Shown here: positions 1-11,911 of the stretch, in pieces
Layout of the letters: the number at the start of each line of letters is the position of its first letter
How positions within the stretch are numbered: the first letter of the stretch is position 1
Source: Eledone cirrhosa
Lineage: Eukaryota
Length of the DNA: 64,000 bases
NCBI GenBank assembly: GCA_964016885.1
Contig: OZ024741.1
Coordinates: 147,994,001-148,058,000 of the forward strand
Reading direction: 5' to 3'
The notes under the pieces: model-generated
The model's input: only the letters and a program-made list of their open reading frames with translations
What the model was told of the DNA's origin: nothing
Databases searched by the model: none
Program-made: the position numbers and the translations under genes

Positions 1-741
1 CTCATGCGTTATACTGTTGGTCTAATGGTAATCACTTCAGCATTTATTGTATTGGTTATAGCACTTAATAGATACTCACTTGTGTGTCGACCTCTTAAAA
101 AACAAATTTCTCAAAAGCAGTCAAAGATAATCATACTATGTTTACCAATCCTCGCCGGTATAATGAACCTGCCAATACCTTTTACATACAGCGCACAAAA
201 TGTGGAGGTAACAGGCTGTGGAAATATTGGAAGTAGGTGTAGCCTCACTGACAATTTGCGCGGTTCACCCTTTGTAGTATTCTATTATGGTTTATTGTTG
301 TTTATTTTTATTTCTCTGTTTGTTTTTCTCATGATAATTTATATCATAATTTCAATACGTATTCAGACGTTTTCCATCAGGATGGAAAATAGAACCATAG
401 AATCAGAAACTGAAAGTACTATTGCTTCTGGAACTAATACAGGTATTAAACGACTGAGGAAGCGTTCATTGAACCCATCTAAAACCAATAAACTTTTGTT
501 CACCATCACTTTCATCTGGATTATGAGTTATTTACCTCACCTATTTACCGCAATATTCTGGAAGAAGGACGAAAAAACTTTCATTGAGACCCAACCAGCT
601 GAAGATATTGTAATTTATAGGTTATTAATGTATTCTGTTTACTTTAATTGTGCTTTAAACCCATTTTTTTATGGAATTTTTAATACGAGGTTTCGTAGTG
701 AACTACTGCAAATATTACACGTTAATACATTAATAACATAG
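1..741 (+). CDS. Intronless class A (rhodopsin-like) orphan GPCR, copy A, 5'-truncated by window edge
   Basis: TM3-TM7 with NRY (DRY variant), TM6 FIWIMSYLP and TM7 NPFFY. Appears identical to 8363-9103. Confidence 0.88.
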   Translation, partial: LMRYTVGLMVITSAFIVLVIALNRYSLVCRPLKKQISQKQSKIIILCLPILAGIMNLPIPFTYSAQNVEVTGCGNIGSRCSLTDNLRGSPFVVFYYGLLLFIFISLFVFLMIIYIIISIRIQTFSIRMENRTIESETESTIASGTNTGIKRLRKRSLNPSKTNKLLFTITFIWIMSYLPHLFTAIFWKKDEKTFIETQPAEDIVIYRLLMYSVYFNCALNPFFYGIFNTRFRSELLQILHVNTLIT

Positions 742-1865
742 TGAATTTCTTGAAAATAACTACAAAAGATCTCAGAATGTACTGTAACAAAAGTAAGCAA
801 AAAGGGTTGTTGGTTATATGAGAGAATGTATGAATTACAAGTGAATTATGTAAGGTTAGTCTTCGAAAAAATTATAGAAAGAAAGAGTTGTGTATGAATG
901 CGATGTGTGTGTGTTTTGTTCGTGTGTATGAATGCGATGTGAGTGGGTTTTTTTTTTTTTTGCTTTTGTTTTTTCGTGTGTATGAATGCGAGACTAACGG
1001 AGGATACGGATGTTATCCTACCACCCTGCTCGATTGGCTTTACCCGTAAAATCTCTCCTGTAATTATTTCCTTAACTTTCTAACCACATTACCCAAATGG
1101 CAAATATCCTTTGGATGGTTGCTTGTTTCCTGCATTTGTACAAAGTCTGCACTGGCTAATTCCCAGGATACGCTATATCTAACATGAGCAGAATAACATC
1201 AAACAAAAGGGGAGTAAACTTGCCACAAACAAACAAAACGTAAATATATACCCGTAAAATCTCAGGTTTTTCACACATCTATCTCGACAAACACTCGTAA
1301 TAAGGAGCCAATGCAACATATGCTAAGATACTAGAAAATGAAATCAACAATGAGAAGTAGTCTCTTCTGTATGAATGAGAGCTACTTTTCATCACATACA
1401 TAGCCAGAAATTTACTACGGGTTGTAGTAAATTCTATTAAAAATATGTATCTGATATGATGAAGCAATAAAGAAGTTTTGATTTATTTTTCTAATGAAGA
1501 AAAAATCGGTTCGGTACAATGTTATTTTCACACTTGTCTTGTTGATTGGTTTTGTTAGAATTTTGAAGGTGAGATTTGCTTTTACTATGATTTAAAAAAT
1601 GTAATTTATACGAATATGGACTTGAAAACCATCGTAAATTATTCGTTTTCTGTGGTTTCACGTCGAAGAATTCCATCTAAGAGACGGTGTAATAATGAAG
1701 ATTTGCCTAAAATCTTTCATTGCATTTGACAATTTTTGCGAGGAATTGCCAAAAGGTTTAAATATGTCCTATTTTAGCCATTGTGTTCTCATTGTTACTA
1801 TATGTACATCAAATCTTCAATTATTTCTCAAATTATCAATACAAGTGTTTTGCAAAACAAACTAT

Positions 1866-2853
1866 CATAAACCAATCTTCTCCAACCAGATCTACTCTCT
1901 GCCTCATCTTCCCAATCCTCAACACTAGTACTAAGTGTCTTCAGGGTGCCTTTGACAACATCCGTGAAACATTTCTTGGGTTTCTGTCTGGGACGTTGAT
2001 CAAGAGTTCACCCTTCTTCGCTCACTTATTCCAACGGGTCCTGTCAGAAGCAACCGTTTCTAAATGATCTGGCTGGATCCCCAAGCGTGAGCAGCCAAGC
2101 TCATGGATGTTATCCAACCATCTTGCTCTGGATCTACCCCTGCGTAACCTGCCGATTGGTTTTGCCCGTAAAATCTGTCCAGCGAATCTTTCCTGAGACA
2201 TTCTAACCACATGCCCATAGTATTGGAGCTGTGATCTCTCAATTCGGAGAAGTAGCAGTTCTACCTAGAGTGACTATCTGATTTCCGAGCTACGCACCCT
2301 ATTGAGTAACTCCAAAGACCCTTCGGAGGAACCCCATTTCGGCTGTTTGGATTCACAATCGTATTCTTTCGGTCTTTGATTCTGAGCTGGATATTTGTGT
2401 TAAGAGAGGAGCTGAACTGTCAATCGATCACAATCTAGTTATCTACAACTTGAGACTAACTAAAGCCAAGGAAGCCCACAAACCTGCCAGGTCCAGGGCA
2501 ACCGACAGGATAAAGTGGGAAGCGTTGGTGAATAAAGATGTGAAGACCAGGTATGCAAATTCTATTGCATACAAATTCAGAGAATTCCCTGAGAAAACTG
2601 AGAATGTTGAGACAGATGTTGAGAGCACTACCGAGGTAGACAAATGTATCAACAACCTTCTACCTCTGACCCTGAACAAAGATGTTGGGCTCGGCGTAAT
2701 GTTGCTCAGGAGGTGGGGTGTACAGGACCTTCGTCTTTTCTGTGTTGATAGAAAGCCCCAAAGCAGTCCATGCCCCAGGTCCATGATTGCCTGCAAGTCC
2801 TACTCGGTATAAGTAATAAGGTCTGCGCCATCATCATAGAGAAATTCTCTGAT
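1866..2853. mobile_element. Rearranged RTE-clade LINE fragments: 3' end on minus, endonuclease-adjacent piece on plus, RT piece on minus
   Basis: Minus: GHVVRMSQERFAGQIL..RGRSRARWLDNI. Plus: RGAELSIDHNLVI..RIKWEAL. Minus: FLYDD..DLQAIMD. Confidence 0.7.
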
Positions 2854-3549
2854 CTGACACCTGATCAAATGCTCACCAGGCTGATCACATCACAGGGAAA
2901 ATCTGGTATAGTTTGAGGCAGACACAGCTGGTTTCCTTTAATGTTACCTAACCTAGGGTCAGTGTTGGATTCATCACTTTGAGCTAGAGAAAAAGAGATA
3001 ATCCATGCACTAGAAACACTCCTCCTCCACCTGCTCCAAAGAAGGCCAAGGTCGTTTCATCTGCAGAAAAGGTGAGGGCCCCACGATCAAAGGAGAGTAT
3101 GATGCCAACTTGTTAAGGAAGTTACGAAAGGCTATCAAGACCAAATACCCAGGAAAACTAAAGAAAGGGGTCTTGTTTCAGCAAGACAATGCTCCAGCAC
3201 ACAAATCCTTGGTTTCAATGCTCTGCATGACTGTGGCTTTGAAGTAGTTGAACACCCTCCCTATTCTCCTTAGTTGTCCCCATCTGACTATAATCTGTTA
3301 TCCAACATGAAACAACACTAGGCAGGGAACCAGTATTGCAGTGATGATGACATCAACATCATATTTGCTGTTGATGACTTTTTTTACCAACAGGATGAAA
3401 GCTTCTTCACTAATGGAATCCAAGCACTGCTACATTGATGGAAGAGCAGTGTAGACCTCAAGGGAACTATTTTGAAAAATAAACCTTATTTGGTGATATT
3501 TTATGAGAGTGTCTTGGTTATCCTATGAACTGTTCACCTAACCCTCATA
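2854..3549 (+). mobile_element. Degenerate mariner (Tc1/mariner) transposon, 3' part
   Basis: Remnants QQDNAPAH and HPPYSP.L.PSDY, ending in a TIR-like ...aaccctcata. Confidence 0.75.
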
Positions 3550-4360
3550 ATATAGCAAAATTGCAAATGAAAATGAAATACATGGAGTGAGGGAGGTAAA
3601 AAGCATCCACCTTCCACTTCATCTAACCACGGCCAATGCAATTTTGTGCATAAACATGGTATTGCAGAACATTGAATCCAGGTTGTACAATAGCTTAGAA
3701 CAAGCTGCCAGAAAGATGCATATACAACAATACAACAGTATAGATACAGGAGTCAACATGTGAGGGTCTTTTGACTAGGACAAAACGAGTTTGTAAACAA
3801 ATTATAAAGTCTTACAACTGGAAATATGGCAGGATATGGTGCAAATTGTGCATATATATATTGATCAACAACATCATCTCACATCTATTTTCCATGCTTG
3901 CATAGATTAGAAGGGTTGTTACATTCTGAGACTAGGCAGGTCAGATAACTGTCTTACGCGTACACTCCATTTTGACATGGTTGCAATTCCTAATGCCAAC
4001 CATTTCATGGCGTATGCATTTATACACACACATGTATGTATAATGGGCAGTCTCACATATATGCTGCAGAATACCTACCCTATCAATACTCATCCAACCC
4101 ATGCAAGCATAGAAAAGCAACTGTAAAAAGGATGATGAAGGATAGTAAGAAAAATTACATTTTTCGGCAAAGTAGCCGTTAGCCTTTTGGGCTCCATGAC
4201 AAGCTTCATACTCATCATGGGGTCCTTTTTGTTACCTTTCCTGGTACTGAACACAAGAAGTGGTTCAAGGTCATTTCTTCTGCAAAGCAGCTGTTAGCCT
4301 CTTGTGCCCCATGAGAGGCTTCATACCCATAGGGTCCTTTTTGATTGATACTCTTTCTGT

Positions 4361-4588
4361 CTAAGGCCACCCTGACCACTAGCGCAAGCACCCTCTCTCT
4401 GTTCTCCCACTCCTCAGTCTACAGGCGCATATTCAGAACGGGCTCGTTCACTTGGACCAGATTCGCCACTTTCACCCGCCGTTCAACAAACTTAGTAGAA
4501 GACAGCTGTCCGTCTTCAATCCTTTCAACCTTGTCCACCATACAATCTCTTTCACCATGGCCACAAGGCAGAGGAAAACTGCCTGCAC
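4361..4588 (-). mobile_element. Tx1-clade 3'-end fragment fused to a CRE-like element
   Basis: AVFLCLVAMVKEIVWWTRLKGLKTD and SSTKFVER..VNEPVLNMRL match the ORF2 C-terminus of the Tx1 copy at 46743-52867. Confidence 0.8.
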
Positions 4589-6250
4589 TTGACCTGGAGG
4601 CCGATTCCGCCAGGGCAGGAACCACTGATTGAAGGTCATGGCAGACAGTCTCCACGGGCCTGCCCAGCGTAGCATCATCCAAGTACCAAAGGTTTAGAGG
4701 GGCTGTGTTACTCCGGGCAATGCGGTCTATACCAAGGGCAAACAGAAGGGGGCCCAAAGGTCGCCCTTTTGGACCCCAGCGGCCGAAGGTATGACCGTGT
4801 CAGCAGCAAGGAGCATGCTCGGGGCTCAATATGACAAGTAGGCCAGCGGGTAGTGGAGGGGGCTCGGCTGAGGCAGGCATCGAGTAGATGGTCCAGGCTT
4901 ATGCAGTTAAAGGCATTCCTCATGTCAAGCTTGACAATGAGGTGCCTGAAGTCCCTGGACCACGGTTCCGAGGGCAGCTATTGAAGAACTGGCTGGTTGC
5001 ATGTGCGGCCCCCTCATAGCCACCGGACACGCCGACACCCAGTTGCACCGGACTGAACTCCTCACCCAATTCAGGTGTTATGGACCTGCAGACCATCTTA
5101 GCAACCAGCGAAAGACATTGCCCACAGCGACGGGGCGTGTGCCAGCCTCTTTCTTCCTGAGAGCGGTCATCCTAGCCGAAAAAAAGAGGCCTCGGGCGTG
5201 AGGATCCAGGACGCCATGGATAGGTGAGTGCCACAATTTCACTCAGAAGGCGACGCCCGGCCTCAGCGGAGAGTGGGGATAGCAACTATTTGAGGTGGCC
5301 TGGTCGGAGACCAGCAGCGCCTTCCGCTGCCGCTAGCTGGGAAGGACTTGATTGCAGGCATGATGTCTGCGTCGGAAGCCACAAGGAGCAGGTGGGGATC
5401 CGGTGGGGGTATGGGTCTGAGGTCAGCGGGTGGCTCTGGGTGCTTGAGTCGGAGGGCAGCCAGGACCTCCTCGGTGGGTTGGAGGACAGTGTCCTCTGAG
5501 GCAACCACTCTCACTGCGGCCCAGACATCACCCTGTGGTCACGCAAACGCTTGGTGCTTGCCCAAAGGACGAAAGATTGGCCTTGACAAAGGGTGCTGTC
5601 GACAGGCCGCCTCGGTCAGCGCCAGAGCTGGGGAGGCCGAGGGCGAGTGGGACGAAATAGAATAGGCGCTCTCAGTCGCTGGCTCGATTGGAGTCCGGAG
5701 CACTCTCGATCGAGAAAGCAAGGGCATCACTACTGGCACCCGGGCCGCTCTCGAGATACTGAGCGGAATCTTCTGGAGCCGCCTGAGCCGAGCGATGTTG
5801 ACCAGCGAGGCTTGGACATCAGGTAAGCTCTCTGTCTCATCTGGTGGAGTGCCAGATGGCCGTGGCTGGACAGACGAGGGGACGAGACAGGTTCTGCAAC
5901 TCCACGCTGCGTGGGCACTGGAAGCCTGACGCGTCAAGCCAACACAGGTGAGGTCGTGGGAGCAGCCGCACCCCGAACAGTTCCGGCTTCTCTCCCGTCT
6001 TTTCGTGGTGCTGCAAGTGCTGCAGATGTCGACTGTTGCGGCTGGAGGATGGGGCGTGGAGCAGGGGACTGGGGCCCCAAGCAGCATCAAAGGTGAGTGG
6101 CTGGTTGTCACCAGCCTAGGTGCTAGGCACAACTGCACGTGGGTGGAAGGGAAAGTGTTGGTATGAGTGAGGCCTCATAGCTCACCTACATCAGATATGG
6201 AGGCGATAGAAGACAAGATAAAAGAGAAGGTGGGTACATGGAGGGGGACA
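4589..6250 (-). mobile_element. CRE-like RLE non-LTR retrotransposon family A, 5' half (PHD finger plus partial RT), degenerate
   Basis: C4-H-C3 PHD (CSTC..CSGC..HDLTC..WSCRTC). RT motifs QLGVGVSGG, VKLDMRNAFN, LGPLLF, WYLDD. Confidence 0.75.
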
Positions 6251-7019
6251 CACACGAAAGTAGAAAGTTAGCAAATAAATAAATGAAAGAATGGAGGGAT
6301 GTACAAAAAGAAAACAGGGGGTTGTTCCCAGCGGAAATACCGAAAGGTTGTTATTGTCACTGATGCTGGAGTTGGCTTCCTCTTGTTAATGGTGGTGGTA
6401 GTGACTGCTTGTAAGATGTTGGTGTATACACATATAGTTGTTGTTGTTGTCACTGCCACTACCGTATCCTTCCTCTTGTTAATGGTAGTGGTAGTTGATA
6501 CCGATACCTATTTCGGTTGCCCGGCTGGTTGCTGGGGTTCGAATGCCTTCTTTTACCCAAGATGCGGGGTCGTTGTTATTGTCACTGTTGCTGTCGATGC
6601 CTTCCTCTTGTTAATGGCAGTAATAATTGTTGGTGCTACCTATTTCGGCTGTCAAGCTGGCTGCTGAATCAGCTTCTGTTTACATTTTCGCATACATACG
6701 ATATTCTCAATGGACGCCCTTACAATATTTGAACATAACTGAACCGTCGTTGCCTTCCTCTTGGTAATAGTAGTGAAAATCCACCGGCAGACAATTATAT
6801 AAAAGAGTATATAGAAATAAAAACTAACATTTCTGTCTCGGATATAAATATTTGTTTACGTAGCGTTATTTACTGTCACTTTGAAAATATTGAAGTTAAT
6901 GAACTCTGTAAGTATCGTTGCTGGGAAGAAGTTAAAGAAACATATCAATATCATACAAATTCCTTAAATATTATCTAGATAGTGGGTTGTAGCGTTATTT
7001 ACTGTCTATTTGCTACTAA

Positions 7020-7735
7020 TTGAGCATGCCTTATATACACACTCTATCCATTCTTCGCCCCTTCCACACTTCAATCCTCATATTCTTCCCACACCATACC
7101 CCTTTCTACTTCTCCTTCACTCCATTCTCCTACACACCTACCAACCACCCCACACACTTTCCATTTTCAATTTTCCGCCTCCATCACCAACACCCTTGAA
7201 TTAAATGCCCGCCTCACCTCAGCCTTCCACCCTACAGGAAGTCAATCAGTGCCACTCGTGCTACACGCGCAACAGGCGCAAGAAAGGAAAGAACTGCTCC
7301 AACTGTAGCAGCTTTTTCCACCTCTCTTGCGTCAAACAGACCCGATGCGCGTTGGAATCCTTGCACCGGTGGCACTGCCCGCCATACCTATCCACCTGTC
7401 AGTTTCGACAGTGCCGGCTGGAACAGGCGAAGCTCCCAGTGAGGTTCGGTAGCCTCGGTTTCTGACCCGCTTCAGATCTGACTCTACCGGCCTATCTCTC
7501 CTCAATCTCCTCCAGTAGCGTTCTCGTCAGCGAAGTCCTCGGCCAGAGAGGTCGAACAAGACGTTGCTTGTCGCTGGCAATTGTCTGTGGGAAAGCTCTT
7601 GCGGTCTTGTCCGTGGGGCGCAACTCCAACACCGCCACGCCCTGCGCCCAGAGCCCATCATCTTCCTCTTCCCTCTTCCATTTTCTTTTACCCTAGAGCC
7701 CTTGCTTTTCCCTTCCTTTTCCGTTTTTAAATATT
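7020..7735 (+). mobile_element. Heavily internally deleted CRE-like element, family B
   Basis: PHD-like CHSC..CSNC..FHLSC..WHC joined directly to QAKLPVRFGSLG and the C-terminal RLE helix, followed by a pyrimidine-rich 3' UTR. Boundaries approximate. Confidence 0.6.
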
Positions 7736-7766
7736 CTAAAGTTATTTTCACTGAAGAAGAAAGTAA

Positions 7767-7887
7767 AAATAATTGTTTCTACTTTTGGCACAAGGCCAGC
7801 AATTACCCAGTACATTACTGGTACTTTATTTTATCGACCCCGTTAGGATGAAAGGCAAAGTTAACCTCGACTGGATTTGAACTCAGA
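7767..7887 (-). mobile_element. tRNA-derived SINE fragment
   Basis: B-box-like GAGTTCAAATCC on minus. Reverse-complement homolog at 42330-42420. Resembles cephalopod SINE cores (from memory). Confidence 0.6.
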
Positions 7888-8068
7888 CCAAAAAAAGTAA
7901 AAATAGTCATGTGTTAACTATATTGACGTAATCTGCGAGAGTAATGCGTAAAGTTTCAAACAGATTCTTTCATTAAAAAGTTGATACACAGCGTTCTCTA
8001 TTTGTGATTCAACCAGATATTTTCGAAGCTGCAAGAACTAATTCAAAAATTTGGAGAAAGAAAAAAAA

Positions 8069-9103
8069 ATGGATGAAAACCTTAATCCCCTCTACTGTGA
8101 TAAGAGATTAGAGGAGTTAAATGCTGGACATGTGAATGTTTTGTTTCCAGTATTAATGTATCTGGTAATTATTATGATGCTGGGATCAGTTGGAAATATC
8201 ATAGTAGCTTATATATACTATTTTAAATTTGAGAAAAATACCACAAATTTGTTCATTGTAGCGCTTTCGATGTGTGATTTTTTTACTTGTACAATATGCA
8301 TTACATCGGAAATTGTGTATCTACATTATTCATATACATTTTTCAGTAATGCTGCTTGCCGCCTCATGCGTTATACTGTTGGTCTAATGGTAATCACTTC
8401 AGCATTTATTGTATTGGTTATAGCACTTAATAGATACTCACTTGTGTGTCGACCTCTTAAAAAACAAATTTCTCAAAAGCAGTCAAAGATAATCATACTA
8501 TGTTTACCAATCCTCGCCGGTATAATGAACCTGCCAATACCTTTTACATACAGCGCACAAAATGTGGAGGTAACAGGCTGTGGAAATATTGGAAGTAGGT
8601 GTAGCCTCACTGACAATTTGCGCGGTTCACCCTTTGTAGTATTCTATTATGGTTTATTGTTGTTTATTTTTATTTCTCTGTTTGTTTTTCTCATGATAAT
8701 TTATATCATAATTTCAATACGTATTCAGACGTTTTCCATCAGGATGGAAAATAGAACCATAGAATCAGAAACTGAAAGTACTATTGCTTCTGGAACTAAT
8801 ACAGGTATTAAACGACTGAGGAAGCGTTCATTGAACCCATCTAAAACCAATAAACTTTTGTTCACCATCACTTTCATCTGGATTATGAGTTATTTACCTC
8901 ACCTATTTACCGCAATATTCTGGAAGAAGGACGAAAAAACTTTCATTGAGACCCAACCAGCTGAAGATATTGTAATTTATAGGTTATTAATGTATTCTGT
9001 TTACTTTAATTGTGCTTTAAACCCATTTTTTTATGGAATTTTTAATACGAGGTTTCGTAGTGAACTACTGCAAATATTACACGTTAATACATTAATAACA
9101 TAG
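8069..9103 (+). CDS. Intronless class A orphan GPCR, copy B (344 aa)
   Basis: First ATG at 8069 (track start at 8051 is TTG). Seven hydrophobic segments, TM1 GSVGN, TM2 LSMCD, ECL1/ECL2 Cys, NRY, NPFFY. Confidence 0.92.
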   Translation: MDENLNPLYCDKRLEELNAGHVNVLFPVLMYLVIIMMLGSVGNIIVAYIYYFKFEKNTTNLFIVALSMCDFFTCTICITSEIVYLHYSYTFFSNAACRLMRYTVGLMVITSAFIVLVIALNRYSLVCRPLKKQISQKQSKIIILCLPILAGIMNLPIPFTYSAQNVEVTGCGNIGSRCSLTDNLRGSPFVVFYYGLLLFIFISLFVFLMIIYIIISIRIQTFSIRMENRTIESETESTIASGTNTGIKRLRKRSLNPSKTNKLLFTITFIWIMSYLPHLFTAIFWKKDEKTFIETQPAEDIVIYRLLMYSVYFNCALNPFFYGIFNTRFRSELLQILHVNTLIT

Positions 9104-10227
9104 TGAATTTCTTGAAAATAACTACAAAAGATCTCAGAATGTACTGTAACAAAAGTAAGCAAAAAGGGTTGTTGGTTATATGAGAGAATGTATGAATTAC
9201 AAGTGAATTATGTAAGGTTAGTCTTCGAAAAAATTATAGAAAGAAAGAGTTGTGTATGAATGCGATGTGTGTGTGTTTTGTTCGTGTGTATGAATGCGAT
9301 GTGAGTGGGTTTTTTTTTTTTTTGCTTTTGTTTTTTCGTGTGTATGAATGCGAGACTAACGGAGGATACGGATGTTATCCTACCACCCTGCTCGATTGGC
9401 TTTACCCGTAAAATCTCTCCTGTAATTATTTCCTTAACTTTCTAACCACATTACCCAAATGGCAAATATCCTTTGGATGGTTGCTTGTTTCCTGCATTTG
9501 TACAAAGTCTGCACTGGCTAATTCCCAGGATACGCTATATCTAACATGAGCAGAATAACATCAAACAAAAGGGGAGTAAACTTGCCACAAACAAACAAAA
9601 CGTAAATATATACCCGTAAAATCTCAGGTTTTTCACACATCTATCTCGACAAACACTCGTAATAAGGAGCCAATGCAACATATGCTAAGATACTAGAAAA
9701 TGAAATCAACAATGAGAAGTAGTCTCTTCTGTATGAATGAGAGCTACTTTTCATCACATACATAGCCAGAAATTTACTACGGGTTGTAGTAAATTCTATT
9801 AAAAATATGTATCTGATATGATGAAGCAATAAAGAAGTTTTGATTTATTTTTCTAATGAAGAAAAAATCGGTTCGGTACAATGTTATTTTCACACTTGTC
9901 TTGTTGATTGGTTTTGTTAGAATTTTGAAGGTGAGATTTGCTTTTACTATGATTTAAAAAATGTAATTTATACGAATATGGACTTGAAAACCATCGTAAA
10001 TTATTCGTTTTCTGTGGTTTCACGTCGAAGAATTCCATCTAAGAGACGGTGTAATAATGAAGATTTGCCTAAAATCTTTCATTGCATTTGACAATTTTTG
10101 CGAGGAATTGCCAAAAGGTTTAAATATGTCCTATTTTAGCCATTGTGTTCTCATTGTTACTATATGTACATCAAATCTTCAATTATTTCTCAAATTATCA
10201 ATACAAGTGTTTTGCAAAACAAACTAT

Positions 10228-11215
10228 CATAAACCAATCTTCTCCAACCAGATCTACTCTCTGCCTCATCTTCCCAATCCTCAACACTAGTACTAAGTGT
10301 CTTCAGGGTGCCTTTGACAACATCCGTGAAACATTTCTTGGGTTTCTGTCTGGGACGTTGATCAAGAGTTCACCCTTCTTCGCTCACTTATTCCAACGGG
10401 TCCTGTCAGAAGCAACCGTTTCTAAATGATCTGGCTGGATCCCCAAGCGTGAGCAGCCAAGCTCATGGATGTTATCCAACCATCTTGCTCTGGATCTACC
10501 CCTGCGTAACCTGCCGATTGGTTTTGCCCGTAAAATCTGTCCAGCGAATCTTTCCTGAGACATTCTAACCACATGCCCATAGTATTGGAGCTGTGATCTC
10601 TCAATTCGGAGAAGTAGCAGTTCTACCTAGAGTGACTATCTGATTTCCGAGCTACGCACCCTATTGAGTAACTCCAAAGACCCTTCGGAGGAACCCCATT
10701 TCGGCTGTTTGGATTCACAATCGTATTCTTTCGGTCTTTGATTCTGAGCTGGATATTTGTGTTAAGAGAGGAGCTGAACTGTCAATCGATCACAATCTAG
10801 TTATCTACAACTTGAGACTAACTAAAGCCAAGGAAGCCCACAAACCTGCCAGGTCCAGGGCAACCGACAGGATAAAGTGGGAAGCGTTGGTGAATAAAGA
10901 TGTGAAGACCAGGTATGCAAATTCTATTGCATACAAATTCAGAGAATTCCCTGAGAAAACTGAGAATGTTGAGACAGATGTTGAGAGCACTACCGAGGTA
11001 GACAAATGTATCAACAACCTTCTACCTCTGACCCTGAACAAAGATGTTGGGCTCGGCGTAATGTTGCTCAGGAGGTGGGGTGTACAGGACCTTCGTCTTT
11101 TCTGTGTTGATAGAAAGCCCCAAAGCAGTCCATGCCCCAGGTCCATGATTGCCTGCAAGTCCTACTCGGTATAAGTAATAAGGTCTGCGCCATCATCATA
11201 GAGAAATTCTCTGAT
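10228..11215. mobile_element. RTE-clade LINE fragments (duplicate of 1866-2853)
   Basis: Same sequence at +8362. Confidence 0.7.
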
Positions 11216-11911
11216 CTGACACCTGATCAAATGCTCACCAGGCTGATCACATCACAGGGAAAATCTGGTATAGTTTGAGGCAGACACAGCTGGTTTCCTT
11301 TAATGTTACCTAACCTAGGGTCAGTGTTGGATTCATCACTTTGAGCTAGAGAAAAAGAGATAATCCATGCACTAGAAACACTCCTCCTCCACCTGCTCCA
11401 AAGAAGGCCAAGGTCGTTTCATCTGCAGAAAAGGTGAGGGCCCCACGATCAAAGGAGAGTATGATGCCAACTTGTTAAGGAAGTTACGAAAGGCTATCAA
11501 GACCAAATACCCAGGAAAACTAAAGAAAGGGGTCTTGTTTCAGCAAGACAATGCTCCAGCACACAAATCCTTGGTTTCAATGCTCTGCATGACTGTGGCT
11601 TTGAAGTAGTTGAACACCCTCCCTATTCTCCTTAGTTGTCCCCATCTGACTATAATCTGTTATCCAACATGAAACAACACTAGGCAGGGAACCAGTATTG
11701 CAGTGATGATGACATCAACATCATATTTGCTGTTGATGACTTTTTTTACCAACAGGATGAAAGCTTCTTCACTAATGGAATCCAAGCACTGCTACATTGA
11801 TGGAAGAGCAGTGTAGACCTCAAGGGAACTATTTTGAAAAATAAACCTTATTTGGTGATATTTTATGAGAGTGTCTTGGTTATCCTATGAACTGTTCACC
11901 TAACCCTCATA
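11216..11911 (+). mobile_element. Degenerate mariner 3' part (duplicate of 2854-3549)
   Basis: Same sequence at +8362. Confidence 0.75.

Larger units (their letters stand above)
1..4359. repeat. Visible part of a recent 8362-bp tandem duplication; matches 8363-12721
   Basis: ORFs at 1-2812 recur with identical translations at +8362. No mismatch seen by eye until 4360 vs 12722. Confidence 0.92.

Noticed and set aside
6268-6732. Hydrophobic Val-rich ORFs (also 20140-20588, 29386-29806) as small membrane proteins
   Set aside because: They derive from degenerate low-complexity repeats (cttcctcttgttaatggt motif), and the frame is not conserved in the third copy.
7860-7887. tRNA gene
   Set aside because: Only a B-box-like motif within a SINE fragment; no cloverleaf.
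8051-8068. Track starts of the GPCRs at 8051 and 21839
   Set aside because: These are TTG codons. The first ATGs are at 8069 and 21857.
8069-9103. Naming the GPCRs as CCK or orexin receptor orthologs
   Set aside because: Only generic class A motifs are visible. Orthology cannot be assigned without a phylogeny.
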